A stretch of DNA of 64,000 nucleotides, taken from Acutalibacteraceae bacterium. GTDB taxonomy: Bacteria; Bacillota; Clostridia; Oscillospirales; Acutalibacteraceae. The DNA is taken from contig JAZUBO010000006.1 in NCBI GenBank assembly GCA_045638585.1, positions 7,907-71,906 of the forward strand, in the 5' to 3' direction. The notes below the pieces were generated by a model. It saw only the letters and a program-made list of their open reading frames with translations. It ran no database searches and was not told the origin of the DNA. Positions 36,158-46,036 of the stretch are shown one piece after another. Position 1 is the first letter of the stretch; each line of letters opens with the position of its first letter. Both the position numbers and the translations under genes were made by a program.

Positions 36158-36813
36158 CTCTTCGCGAAAAAAGAATACAGGATAATTTAGGTTTAGTTCA
36201 TTCTTGTGCCAACCGTTTTAAAGGTAGAGGGGTAGAGTATGACGATTTGTTTCAGGCGGGCTGTGTAGGGCTTATAAAAGCAGCGGACGGGTTTGATGAA
36301 AGCCTGGGCTACGTTTTTTCAACCTATGCCGTACCCGCCATTCTCGGTGAAATCAAAAGAATTTTCCGTGATGGCGGTGCTGTGAAAATCAGCCGTCTTA
36401 TTAAAGAAAAATCGCGGTGGGTATGGAACGAAAAAGAAAAGCTGGCAAATGAAATCGGCAGAGAGCCAACCGTAAAAGAAATAGCAGAATATCTTAATTT
36501 AGATATCTGTGAAACAAGCGAATTGCTTTTAGCCGTTCAACCCACTATATCCCTTACTTCAATTTGCGAGGATAGTAGTAAAAAACAGTTCGATATCCCC
36601 GTCGAAAGTAAAGAGGCGGAAATAACCGAAAAAATGTCGCTTGCATCTTGCCTTCGAGAGCTTGACGAAAAAGACCGTACGTTAATAGAATTTAGATATT
36701 TTAGGTCTAAAACACAGACCGAGGTTGCAAATTTAATGGGTATGTCACAGGTGCAGGTTTCAAGAAGAGAAAAGAAAATTTTAAAAGAAATAAGAGAAAA
36801 AATGCGGGTTTAG
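36154..36813 (+). CDS. sigF: Sporulation sigma factor F
   Basis: 219 aa. Region 2 reads YDDLFQAGCVGLIKAADGFD and FSTYAVPAILGEIKR; region 4 HTH reads TQTEVANLMGMSQVQVSRREKK. Position after spoIIAB. Confidence 0.88.
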   Translation: MTLREKRIQDNLGLVHSCANRFKGRGVEYDDLFQAGCVGLIKAADGFDESLGYVFSTYAVPAILGEIKRIFRDGGAVKISRLIKEKSRWVWNEKEKLANEIGREPTVKEIAEYLNLDICETSELLLAVQPTISLTSICEDSSKKQFDIPVESKEAEITEKMSLASCLRELDEKDRTLIEFRYFRSKTQTEVANLMGMSQVQVSRREKKILKEIREKMRV

Positions 36814-36959
36814 TCTTAGGTAACAAAAAAACAAGAAAAGTGTTTCTAAAGAATGGTAAAAATGATACCTCAAAAAATAGTAAATACTCTTGAAAAAAGA
36901 GGGGATTTGGTATAAAATATATTCGGTAAAAAATTAACAATACAAAAGGAGTATTAAAA

Positions 36960-38171
36960 ATGGGTCTTTTAAACAAGAAAACAGTTGATGATATCAACGC
37001 AAAAGGTAAAAAAGTTCTCGTACGTTGCGACTTTAACGTTCCGCTTAAAGACGGTGTAATTACTGACGAAAATCGTATTACAGCTGCTCTTCCCACAATT
37101 CAGAAGCTTCTTGATGACGGTGCACAGGTTATCCTTTGCTCTCACCTTGGTAAAGTTAAAAACGGCCCCAATGAAAAAGAGAGCCTTGCTCCCGTAGCAA
37201 AAAGACTTGCTGAGCTTCTTAACAAAGAAGTTGTTTTCGCAGCAGACGATGTTGTTGTTGGCGAAAATGCTAAAAAAGCAGTTGCTGAAATGAAAGATGG
37301 CGACGTAGTTCTTCTTCAGAACACTCGTTTCCGTCCCGAAGAAACAAAGAATGGCGAAGCATTCTCAAAAGAACTTGCTTCTCTTTGCGATATCTATGTT
37401 AACGATGCTTTCGGTGCAGCTCACAGAGCACACTGCTCAACAGTTGGTGTTGCTTCATTCGTTGAAGAAGCAGCAGTTGGTTACCTTATGGGTAAAGAGC
37501 TTAAATACCTTGGTAACGCTGTTGAAGACCCTCAGAGACCTTTCGTTACTATCCTTGGTGGTGCAAAGGTTGCTGACAAGCTTAACGTTATCGAAAACCT
37601 TCTTAACAAAGCTGATACACTCATCATCGGTGGCGGTATGGCTTACACATTCCTTGCTGCTAAAGGCTACAGCGTAGGTACATCTCTTCTTGATGAAACA
37701 AAGATTGAGTACTGTGCAGATATGCTTAAGAAAGCAGAAGAAAAAGGCGTTAAGATTCTTCTTCCTGTTGACGTTACAATCACAAAAGCATTCCCTGACC
37801 CCATCGATGCTGAAATCGAAGTTCAGGTTTGCGATGCAGACAAGATTCCTGCAGATATGATGAGCCTTGATATCGGTCCTAAGACAGCAGAGCTTTATGC
37901 AGAAGCAGTTAAATCTGCAAAAACAGTTGTTTGGAACGGACCTATGGGCGTATTTGAAAACCCCATTCTTGCAAAGGGTACAATCGCAGTTGCTAAATCT
38001 CTTGCAGAAACAGATGCAGTTACAATCATCGGTGGCGGTGACTCTGCAGCAGCAGTTAACACTCTTGGCTTCGGTAGCAAAATGACTCACATCTCAACAG
38101 GTGGCGGTGCATCACTCGAATTCTTAGAGGGTAAAGCTCTTCCCGGCATTGAGGCTGTTAACGATAAATAA
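36960..38171 (+). CDS. pgk: Phosphoglycerate kinase
   Basis: 403 aa; [41 protein letters not shown]. Confidence 0.95.
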   Translation: MGLLNKKTVDDINAKGKKVLVRCDFNVPLKDGVITDENRITAALPTIQKLLDDGAQVILCSHLGKVKNGPNEKESLAPVAKRLAELLNKEVVFAADDVVVGENAKKAVAEMKDGDVVLLQNTRFRPEETKNGEAFSKELASLCDIYVNDAFGAAHRAHCSTVGVASFVEEAAVGYLMGKELKYLGNAVEDPQRPFVTILGGAKVADKLNVIENLLNKADTLIIGGGMAYTFLAAKGYSVGTSLLDETKIEYCADMLKKAEEKGVKILLPVDVTITKAFPDPIDAEIEVQVCDADKIPADMMSLDIGPKTAELYAEAVKSAKTVVWNGPMGVFENPILAKGTIAVAKSLAETDAVTIIGGGDSAAAVNTLGFGSKMTHISTGGGASLEFLEGKALPGIEAVNDK

Positions 38172-38203
38172 TTAAAATATTTTGTGAAAGGTGAATTATT
38201 GAT

Positions 38204-38971
38204 ATGGATAAATCACTTCGTAAAGCAGTTATCGCAGGTAACTGGAAAATGAACAAAACTCCCGATGAAGCAAAAGCTATCATTACAGAAATGAAGCCCC
38301 TCGTTGCAGGTGCAGATTGTGATGTGGTTCTTTGCGTTCCTTATATCGACATTTTTGCAGCTCAGGAAGCAGCTGCAGGTTCAAACATCAAAATCGGTGC
38401 TGAAAACTGCCACTGGGCAGAAAAAGGTGCCTTTACAGGTGAAGTTTCAGCTCCTATGCTTAAAGCAATCGGTGTTGAATACGTTATTATCGGTCACTCT
38501 GAAAGAAGACAGTATTTCGGTGAAACTGATGAAACAGTTAACAAACGCGTAAGAGCAGCTCTTGACAGCGGTCTTACAGTAATTCTTTGTGTTGGTGAGC
38601 TTCTCAGCGAACGTGAAAAAGGCGTTACAATGGAAGTTGTTCGTTCACAGACAAAGATTGCTCTTCAGGGGGTTTCAAATGAAGAGCTTGACAGAATCAT
38701 CATTGCATATGAACCCGTTTGGGCTATAGGTACAGGCTTAACAGCAACTGCTGAACAGGCTAACGAAGTTAACCACGCTATCCGTGAGGTTCTTGGTGAA
38801 ATCTACTGTCCCAAGTGCGCAAGCCGTGTAACAATTCAGTACGGTGGTTCTATGAATGCAAAGAATGCAGCAGAGCTTCTTGCTCAGGTAGATGTTGACG
38901 GTGGCCTTATCGGTGGTGCATCTCTTATCGCAGAGGATTTCTCTGTTATTGTTAAAGCTGCAAGCATCTGA
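38204..38971 (+). CDS. tpiA: Triosephosphate isomerase
   Basis: 255 aa; AGNWKMN, IIGHSERR, AYEPVWAIGTG, YGGS, GGLIGGASL. Confidence 0.95.
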   Translation: MDKSLRKAVIAGNWKMNKTPDEAKAIITEMKPLVAGADCDVVLCVPYIDIFAAQEAAAGSNIKIGAENCHWAEKGAFTGEVSAPMLKAIGVEYVIIGHSERRQYFGETDETVNKRVRAALDSGLTVILCVGELLSEREKGVTMEVVRSQTKIALQGVSNEELDRIIIAYEPVWAIGTGLTATAEQANEVNHAIREVLGEIYCPKCASRVTIQYGGSMNAKNAAELLAQVDVDGGLIGGASLIAEDFSVIVKAASI

Positions 38972-39038
38972 TTGTAGAAAAATTTCAACAGGGCAGACGA
39001 CAGTCTGCCCGAAAATTTTGTAAAGGCAGGAAAAGTAA

Positions 39039-40610
39039 ATGTCTGAAAAAGTACTTCTCGTCGTTATGGACGGCGTAGGCTATTCAAAAACAGGTCTCGG
39101 TGACGCAGTAACTCTCGCAAACACACCGGTTCTTGATAAACTTCTTAAAGAGTGCCCCAATGTTCGCCTTAAAGCTCACGGTTCAGCAGTAGGTCTTCCC
39201 TCTGATGACGATATGGGTAACAGCGAGGTTGGTCACAATGCTCTTGGTTGCGGTCAGGTTTATTCACAGGGTGCAAAGCTTGTTAATGAATCTATCGAAT
39301 CAGGTAAAATCTATGAATCAACTGCTTGGAAAGAGGTTGCAGGTAACTGTATTGAGAAAAACTCAACTCTTCATTTTATCGGTCTTCTTTCTGACGGTAA
39401 CGTTCACTCAAATATTTCTCACCTTATCGAAATGCTCAAACAGGCTAAAGCAGAGGGTGTAAAGAGCGTTCGTGCTCACATTCTTCTTGACGGTCGTGAT
39501 GTTCCCGCAACATCAGCACTTCAGTTTGTTGATGAGCTTGAAAATGCTTTAAATGACCTTAATGACGGTGATTTCTGCGGTAAAATCGCATCAGGCGGCG
39601 GCAGAATGGTTATCACTATGGACCGTTATGAAGCTAACTGGAATATGGTTAAACTCGGTTGGGATACTCACGTTAAAGGTATCGGCAGACAGTTCGAAAA
39701 CGCAACATCCGCTATTGAAACATACCGTGCAGAAAACGACGGTATCATTGACCAGGACCTTCCTCCCTTCGTTATTGCTGAAAACGGTGAGCCCGTTGGC
39801 ACAATCAAAGATGGTGACAGCGTTGTTCTTTTTAACTTCCGTGGTGACCGTGCTATTGAGCTTTCAATGGCATTTGATAATGATGAATTCAACTACTTTG
39901 ACAGAGGTGCAAAGCCCGACGTAGTTTACGCAGGTATGCTTCAGTATGACGGTGACTTAAAGCTTCCCGAGAGATTCCTTGTTAATCCTCCCGAAATTAA
40001 AGATACACTTTCAGAGCTTCTCGTTTCAAAGGGGATGAATCAGTTTGCAGTTTCCGAAACACAGAAATACGGTCACGTAACATATTTCTGGAACGGTAAC
40101 AAGAGCGATAAATTCTCTGAAGAGCTTGAAACATATATGGAAATTCCTTCAGATAAGGTTTCCTTTGACGAAAGACCCTGGATGAAATCTGCAGAGGTTA
40201 CAGATGCAGTTATCGAGGCTATGGAAAGTGGCAAATACGACTTCATCCGTTGTAACTATCCTAACGGTGATATGGTTGGCCACACAGGTAACCTTGACGC
40301 TACAATTACTGCAGTTGAAGCAGTTGATTTAGGTCTTGCTAGAGTTCTTAAGGTTGCTGATAAATGCGGTGTAACAGTTGTTATTACTGCTGACCACGGT
40401 AACGCAGATGAAATGCTCGAAAAGAATAAGAAGGGTAACGTTGAAGTAAGAACAGCTCACTCTCTTAATGCAGTACCTTTCATTATCTACAGCAAAAACA
40501 GCTACGAGCTTAAAGACGGTGAATTCGGTCTTGCAAACGTAGCCCCCACAGTTGCAACAATCTTCGGTATCGAACCCTATGCATCTTGGGAAGAATCAAT
40601 GATTAAATAA
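39039..40610 (+). CDS. gpmI: 2,3-bisphosphoglycerate-independent phosphoglycerate mutase
   Basis: 523 aa; MGNSEVGH.ALG, GLLSDG.VHS, LDGRD, NFR.DRA, ETQKY.HVTYF.NG, NGDMVGHTG, ITADHGN. Confidence 0.93.
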   Translation: MSEKVLLVVMDGVGYSKTGLGDAVTLANTPVLDKLLKECPNVRLKAHGSAVGLPSDDDMGNSEVGHNALGCGQVYSQGAKLVNESIESGKIYESTAWKEVAGNCIEKNSTLHFIGLLSDGNVHSNISHLIEMLKQAKAEGVKSVRAHILLDGRDVPATSALQFVDELENALNDLNDGDFCGKIASGGGRMVITMDRYEANWNMVKLGWDTHVKGIGRQFENATSAIETYRAENDGIIDQDLPPFVIAENGEPVGTIKDGDSVVLFNFRGDRAIELSMAFDNDEFNYFDRGAKPDVVYAGMLQYDGDLKLPERFLVNPPEIKDTLSELLVSKGMNQFAVSETQKYGHVTYFWNGNKSDKFSEELETYMEIPSDKVSFDERPWMKSAEVTDAVIEAMESGKYDFIRCNYPNGDMVGHTGNLDATITAVEAVDLGLARVLKVADKCGVTVVITADHGNADEMLEKNKKGNVEVRTAHSLNAVPFIIYSKNSYELKDGEFGLANVAPTVATIFGIEPYASWEESMIK

Positions 40611-40640
40611 TTGTTGATAAATAAACTAAACTAAAGCTTA

Positions 40641-40674
40641 AAGCCACTATCGATATGTTTCGGTAGTGGCTTTT
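40641..40674 (+). terminator. Intrinsic terminator after gpmI
   Basis: AAGCCACTATCG - 8 nt loop - CGGTAGTGGCTT, then TTG. Confidence 0.7.
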
Positions 40675-40839
40675 GCATAAATTGAAGAGTTTTAGTTTGT
40701 ATGAGTTTAACAAAGTTTTGCGAATCGTAAAAAAATGCGAGGTTTTTTACATTTTTTGTCATATAATATATGAAGGGGATATTATTCATTTAAAATTATA
40801 AGTAAAATACAAACACAAAACAGAAAGAGGACAGCTAAA

Positions 40840-41637
40840 TTGATTACTTCAAAAAAACTTGGTATATTTTCCATTTTATCTTTAATCGCATCAATGATTT
40901 TTTATTGTGTTATCTTGAGTTGGCGAATTGATGTGATGGAATTTGAAGATTTACATATTGTTTTATCGTTAGCTCAATTGTTTTTAGTTTTATCACTTTT
41001 CTTTGTCGTAAGCTTGATTTTGCTGAAAAAAGGTATCAGCGCGAAGAAGCTTAAAAAGCTTTTGGTATCATTCAGTGCTTTAGCTGTCTGTGTTACTGTT
41101 GTATTTGTTTGCTATAATAGTGCAACCCGCTATGATTGGTATATTCCTGAAAATGTTGCTGAAGAAAATCCCGATTTAATTCAGGCGCAATTTCCTTACC
41201 ATAATATAGCCCAAGAGGATGATGAGGATTTTTGCGTTTCTCACTTTTTAGGTACAAGCTATTATACTTTTGATGTGCGCGGTTACACTCAAGAACAGCA
41301 AAATATCTGCTACACAGCTGAATATTTTGAAAGCATCAGCCCTTTTATGAGCTTAAAATATTATCTCGAAAAAGGCAGAATACCATTTTCAGAATTTAAA
41401 TATATAGGCTCTTTTACAAAAACTGAAAACATAACTGTTAACAGTGTCGAAGTTACCGTGTTTACAAAAGAAAACAGCGATGATATTGCTGTTTACATAA
41501 GAGATTTTAACAAAGCATTTTATGCAGAATTAGATAACGATTCTTTATATCCTGTAAGTAATGAGGATTTTATTTCTACCGCCATTGCGCAGTTTGAAAA
41601 AGCTGAAAACTGTGCTGACAGTAAAGCCTTTCGATAA
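40840..41637 (+). CDS. Hypothetical membrane protein (3 N-terminal TM helices plus a ~170-aa soluble domain)
   Basis: 265-aa ORF, TTG start behind AAGAGGA. No recognisable motif. A+T-rich relative to the glycolytic genes. Confidence 0.55.
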   Translation: MITSKKLGIFSILSLIASMIFYCVILSWRIDVMEFEDLHIVLSLAQLFLVLSLFFVVSLILLKKGISAKKLKKLLVSFSALAVCVTVVFVCYNSATRYDWYIPENVAEENPDLIQAQFPYHNIAQEDDEDFCVSHFLGTSYYTFDVRGYTQEQQNICYTAEYFESISPFMSLKYYLEKGRIPFSEFKYIGSFTKTENITVNSVEVTVFTKENSDDIAVYIRDFNKAFYAELDNDSLYPVSNEDFISTAIAQFEKAENCADSKAFR

Positions 41638-41648
41638 GGGGTGTTTAT

Positions 41649-42743
41649 ATGAGTTTTTTATCACAATGTATATTTTATTTCATAAAAGGTGTAATCAGTT
41701 TCTTTTCAAGTGACTATCTTTCATTTGATATAACAAACGATTTCAGATTTGTTTTGATTTTCATATCAATCGTTATGACAATTGTTGGGTTTGTTGCTAT
41801 TTTTAAATTAAGTGAAAAGCCTGTAAGATATCTGGATATCCCTTTAATATTTTTAGTAACAGCCGTAGCTATAGTTTCTGAAATCTATGTTTCTAAAATC
41901 CTTGTTCTAATGGTAGTGCCTACTTTCTTGAGTGTAATACCCGCTGTATTTCATATAGCTCGTTGTGTGAGATGGGTAATTGATGTGAAGAAAAAACGAA
42001 GAGTTCCACAGAAGAAAAATGCCTTTGTGGTTATTGCTTATGTTGTTGCATCGCTTTTGCTGTCATCGTTAGTGTTTGTAGATTTCGGTGCAAAAACTCA
42101 AAAACCCACACAAGAAGAGCTTGAGCTTGCTTATGATTGTTATGCTTATACTACAAAATACTTAACGTCAATTCCTGACGATGAAGAAACGCTTAAACAG
42201 ATTGAAGCTGTGACAAGAGAGCTAACAGAAAACGGTACTTTCATAAAAGTTTTTGACGATTCTCTTTTTCACCAAAAAAATGCGGGTGCTGTAATAAAAG
42301 AGACTGCAAAAGCAAAGACAGTTAACAGAAGAAAAGCATACGCAAACGTAGTTGCCTTGCGCTTAAAAACACTTATAGCGTTGAAAGATTACGAAACCTA
42401 TAACGAGTTTTTTGTGAATAATTGCGGTTATCTTTTTTATAATGATATTTCATTCTATATAGATTCGTGGGTTAATGACGATTACGTTTTATCAACAGAA
42501 GATTTTGAAGCAATTATTTCGGGCTATGATAGTGCATATGAGCTTTGCGACAACGATAGCGATAGATTATTTATAAATAGTGACATAATCCAATTCTATG
42601 GTGAGTATGCACCTGACGATACCGGTGTTGAAAAATATGAAAAAATACGTGCCGAAATATATGATTCCAACGACTACGATGAATTGTTGGCTGATGCCCG
42701 AGGCAGTGTAGGGTATATGTCAGAAAAATTAGCGATTGAGTAA
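41649..42743 (+). CDS. Hypothetical membrane protein (about 5 N-terminal TM helices plus a ~220-aa soluble domain)
   Basis: 364-aa ORF, ATG behind AAGGGG, 11 nt after the previous stop. No recognisable motif. Confidence 0.55.
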   Translation: MSFLSQCIFYFIKGVISFFSSDYLSFDITNDFRFVLIFISIVMTIVGFVAIFKLSEKPVRYLDIPLIFLVTAVAIVSEIYVSKILVLMVVPTFLSVIPAVFHIARCVRWVIDVKKKRRVPQKKNAFVVIAYVVASLLLSSLVFVDFGAKTQKPTQEELELAYDCYAYTTKYLTSIPDDEETLKQIEAVTRELTENGTFIKVFDDSLFHQKNAGAVIKETAKAKTVNRRKAYANVVALRLKTLIALKDYETYNEFFVNNCGYLFYNDISFYIDSWVNDDYVLSTEDFEAIISGYDSAYELCDNDSDRLFINSDIIQFYGEYAPDDTGVEKYEKIRAEIYDSNDYDELLADARGSVGYMSEKLAIE

Positions 42744-42884
42744 GACATTAGAAATGACTTTATAAAGAATACACAATTGTTATGACGTTAAATCTGATGA
42801 AAAGACGGTTGAAATAACTCGATACGCTTCATAACTAAAAAACAGCGTTGGTTTTGAATGTAAGACTTTAATATAAAAAATTCC

Positions 42885-42924
42885 AAGGCGGCATATCTCT
42901 CTTTGAAGAGAGGTATGCCGCCTT
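42885..42924. terminator. Bidirectional terminator (17-bp stem)
   Basis: AAGGCGGCATATCTCTC - TTTGAA - GAGAGGTATGCCGCCTT, preceded by AAAAAATT. Confidence 0.8.
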
Positions 42925-42934
42925 CGATTTATAT

Positions 42935-43606
42935 TTATCTTTGATTTTTTATTAATCTATATTCTCCGCTTTTTAAAACTCTTACTAAATCATCGTTTGT
43001 TTTAATTGGCTCGGTTGTTATAATTCCGCCGAGAGCTACGCCTGTTTTTCTGTGACAGTCGCTACCGCTTGTTTTGATTTTGGCATTTATTTCGTTTGCC
43101 CATTTTTCAGAATTGTCGTTCGCTTCTTTTGTTGCTTTACCGTTGAAAACCTCAACACCGTCGAGATATTTGGGGTTAGCTCTTGTTATAAACTGCCTGA
43201 ATGGGTGTGCCTGTAAGAAAAGACAACCGTTTTTTCTGAAAAGCTTGCTAGCTTTTTTAATGTACAACGAAAGAAGAAAAGGGGAATGGTAAAGTAATTC
43301 TTCCTTTACACCGTAAATAAGGTAATCGTTAACCGTAGCGTAGAATCTTAACTCAACACCTAATAAAACGGAAAAATTTTCGTCTTCAAATTTCTTTGCT
43401 TTTCTGTAGCCCTGCAAAAAATGGTCAACTGCTTTGTTTTTGTTGATAAATTCCGACGGGGTGAAAGTCATAGGTGAATAGTGGTCTGTAATAACGATAC
43501 CGCTGTAGCCTGCTTCTTTATATAACTTTACAAGCTCTTCTGCGTCAAGCTGTCCGCAAAGGCTTGTGTTTTTAGTGTGTGAATGTATTTCGTATTTATA
43601 TTCCAT
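42935..43606 (-). CDS. PHP-domain metal-dependent phosphoesterase
   Basis: 223 aa. N-terminal EIHSHT (HxH) and ITDHYS, later QAHPF and GSDCH, consistent with the PHP metal-ligand pattern. Confidence 0.7.
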   Translation of the reverse strand: MEYKYEIHSHTKNTSLCGQLDAEELVKLYKEAGYSGIVITDHYSPMTFTPSEFINKNKAVDHFLQGYRKAKKFEDENFSVLLGVELRFYATVNDYLIYGVKEELLYHSPFLLSLYIKKASKLFRKNGCLFLQAHPFRQFITRANPKYLDGVEVFNGKATKEANDNSEKWANEINAKIKTSGSDCHRKTGVALGGIITTEPIKTNDDLVRVLKSGEYRLIKNQR

Positions 43607-43767
43607 ATCAAACTCCTGTTAAATAATCGTTAGAATTATACACCGCAAAACCTTATAAATCAATTCTTATTTCTTAAATATTATTGATTTCTTATTATAA
43701 AAATAGTATTATAAACAAAATGAGTGGTTAGTGGTATGATTTTCCACTCTAAAAGGAGAGGGTTTTT

Positions 43768-44640
43768 ATGTTTTTTGATTTTACACTTATCGGTTTACCT
43801 GATAAAATTATATCTTTTTTTATGTCAATTATCGCCTTGTTCGTAGGCTTTATGGATATGGGTACACCCACAGTTACACCCAAAGTTGAATATGTTAAAG
43901 AAGATCAGTTTCTGCTTCTTGATGCCGCTTATACAGGTCAGGGTGTAGCAACTGACGGTGAATATTACTATACATCAGGTTCGTTGACAGCTTTTGGTAT
44001 GGCTTGTCTTGCAAAATGGGATGCCGAAACTATGGAGCTTTGCGTTAAAAACGATGATGCTATTCCCTCTGAATACAGAGATAAATATAATACTGACCAT
44101 GTAGGCGGTATCAGCTATTATAACGGTCTTATTTATGCTGCGGTTGAAAATGAAGCCGAAGATTTTCCCCTTATTATAACCTACGATGCAAGAACATTGA
44201 AAATGGTTGAGGTTTATGAGGTGGCGGGTGAGCTTCTTCCCGACGGTATTCCGTGGTGTGCGGTAGATGCAGCAAACGGATATATCTACACCTCACAGTT
44301 TAACGATGCAGAGTATATTGTTGCTTATGACCTCTACACAATGGAATTTTCACATATGCTTCCTCTTTCTGAGAAAATTCTTCGTGTTCAGGGCGGTGAG
44401 GTTTACAACGGCACTCTTTACCTTTCAAACGATGCCGCAGACAGTAACGACGATTCAATATACACAGTTGATTTAAATGATGGTAACGTAACAAAGCTTT
44501 GTACACGTTCACTTCCCTCAATGGCTGGTAACGAGGCGGAGGATATCACAGTTTATCCTATGGCAGACGGTACTCTCATCCACGTTCTTGACTACGATAA
44601 AACAATTGGTGTTTATTTAAGACACTATGCAGTAAAATAA
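43768..44640 (+). CDS. Hypothetical membrane-anchored/secreted protein, possibly beta-propeller-like
   Basis: 290 aa with an N-terminal hydrophobic segment. Recurrent G.YY/IY.. strand-like motifs. No catalytic motif recognised. Confidence 0.5.
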   Translation: MFFDFTLIGLPDKIISFFMSIIALFVGFMDMGTPTVTPKVEYVKEDQFLLLDAAYTGQGVATDGEYYYTSGSLTAFGMACLAKWDAETMELCVKNDDAIPSEYRDKYNTDHVGGISYYNGLIYAAVENEAEDFPLIITYDARTLKMVEVYEVAGELLPDGIPWCAVDAANGYIYTSQFNDAEYIVAYDLYTMEFSHMLPLSEKILRVQGGEVYNGTLYLSNDAADSNDDSIYTVDLNDGNVTKLCTRSLPSMAGNEAEDITVYPMADGTLIHVLDYDKTIGVYLRHYAVK

Positions 44641-44652
44641 ATAAAAAATTAA

Positions 44653-44689
44653 AACCGTTTCGGCATTGTTTGAAAATGTCGAAACGGTT
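44653..44689. terminator. Bidirectional terminator between convergent genes
   Basis: AACCGTTTCGGCAT - 9 nt loop - ATGTCGAAACGGTT, followed by ATTTTG. Confidence 0.75.
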
Positions 44690-44702
44690 ATTTTGTTTGT
44701 TG

Positions 44703-46007
44703 TCAAAACTTAACGGGTATACCACCGTTTTCTCTTGACTGGTCAGCTTTATAAACGCATAAGTGACCTGTCATTGAATCGAAAATAGAGGTACAAGCGA
44801 GGCTTGGTGTTTCACCTCTGATGAATTTAACAAAGTCTGCCGCAAGTCTTTCGTCACCGCCACCGTGACCACCGTAAGCACCTACCATATCACCCTTAAT
44901 GTTAAGGTCTATTTCTTCAACGTCACACTCTTCATTGTGTGCATCGGGGGAGGGGTTTATTTTTAAAACGGTGAATTCTGATTCTTCAAAGTTACCGAAA
45001 ATCTCACCCTTTGTGCCGACAATGTGGATTTTTCTCATTGACTGTGAAGAACCACCAACAAGGTTGTGAGTGCCTGTTGCACCGCTTTCAAAATTAACTA
45101 AAACGCTTTGATGGTCTACAACGTTGTTGTCGCATTTATAAATACATCTGGCATATGGAGAGTCGCTTTTCATAAGTGCGATTTTATCTTCAATGGTCGG
45201 GTTGTCAATATGCTCTAAAGCATCCCATACATAGAAAGCCCATCTGTCAGGGTGGTCTATGTAAAGCCTTTTTGTTGAGTAAACGCAAGTGTCAACGTGA
45301 GGACAGTCAACCATACAGATATTACCTGCACCCTCGGGTGCATTTTCGGGTATGAATTGATATTTACCGCCGAAAGATGAAATCTGTGTGGGCTTTGTTT
45401 CACTCATAAGCCACATCATAAGGTCAATATCGTGACAGCATTTTGCAAGAAGCATTGATGTATGGCATTTTTCAGAGTTTGCCCATTTACCTCTTACGTA
45501 TGAGGTTGAAAGGTGGTGATAGCTGACGTTTTCAGTAGTCTGAATGTTGATTATATCACCGATTTCACCGTTCTGAATACGCTCTTTTATAGAGTAATAG
45601 AAAGGTGTGTATCTTAAAACGTGGCAAATCATAACCTTTGAATTGTTTTTTTCTGCACATTCTTTGAGCTTTAAGGCTTGTTCCTCATTTACTGCAAAGG
45701 GCTTCTCTAAAAGCATATCATAACCAACGTCAAGAAGTGGGATGGCAGTTTCAATATGCTGATTATCCATTGTGCCGTTGATTATTGCGTCTGCAAGCTT
45801 TCCTTTTTTAGCAAGCTCTTGAGCAGTTTTAAAGCACATATCTTCGGAAAAACCGAAATGCTCCATAGCCTTTTGCCTTTTAACAGGGTTAGGATCTGCA
45901 ACACCTACTATCTTAAGAAGCTCGGGGTTAGTTTTTGCCAATTCGCTGTAAATCATAGCACGGTGACCTGCACCAACGATTATAGCGGTAACGGGTTTGT
46001 TATTCAT
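44703..46007 (-). CDS. Gfo/Idh/MocA-family NAD(P)-dependent oxidoreductase
   Basis: 434 aa. N-terminal Rossmann segment AIIVGAGHRAMIY and EKP motif (LLEKPFA). Confidence 0.8.
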   Translation of the reverse strand: MNNKPVTAIIVGAGHRAMIYSELAKTNPELLKIVGVADPNPVKRQKAMEHFGFSEDMCFKTAQELAKKGKLADAIINGTMDNQHIETAIPLLDVGYDMLLEKPFAVNEEQALKLKECAEKNNSKVMICHVLRYTPFYYSIKERIQNGEIGDIINIQTTENVSYHHLSTSYVRGKWANSEKCHTSMLLAKCCHDIDLMMWLMSETKPTQISSFGGKYQFIPENAPEGAGNICMVDCPHVDTCVYSTKRLYIDHPDRWAFYVWDALEHIDNPTIEDKIALMKSDSPYARCIYKCDNNVVDHQSVLVNFESGATGTHNLVGGSSQSMRKIHIVGTKGEIFGNFEESEFTVLKINPSPDAHNEECDVEEIDLNIKGDMVGAYGGHGGGDERLAADFVKFIRGETPSLACTSIFDSMTGHLCVYKADQSRENGGIPVKF

Positions 46008-46036
46008 AAAAATACCTCGTTATATTTTTGCAATTC

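Noticed and set aside
37455-38090. 211-aa ORF antisense to pgk, plus the smaller overlapping ORFs 37351-37677, 37867-38085 and 37895-38080
   Set aside because: It lies entirely inside a strongly recognisable pgk gene. The predicted protein is low-complexity and Cys-rich ([17 protein letters not shown]...) and has no RBS. Long antisense frames are expected where a biased, highly expressed gene avoids TTA/CTA/TCA codons.
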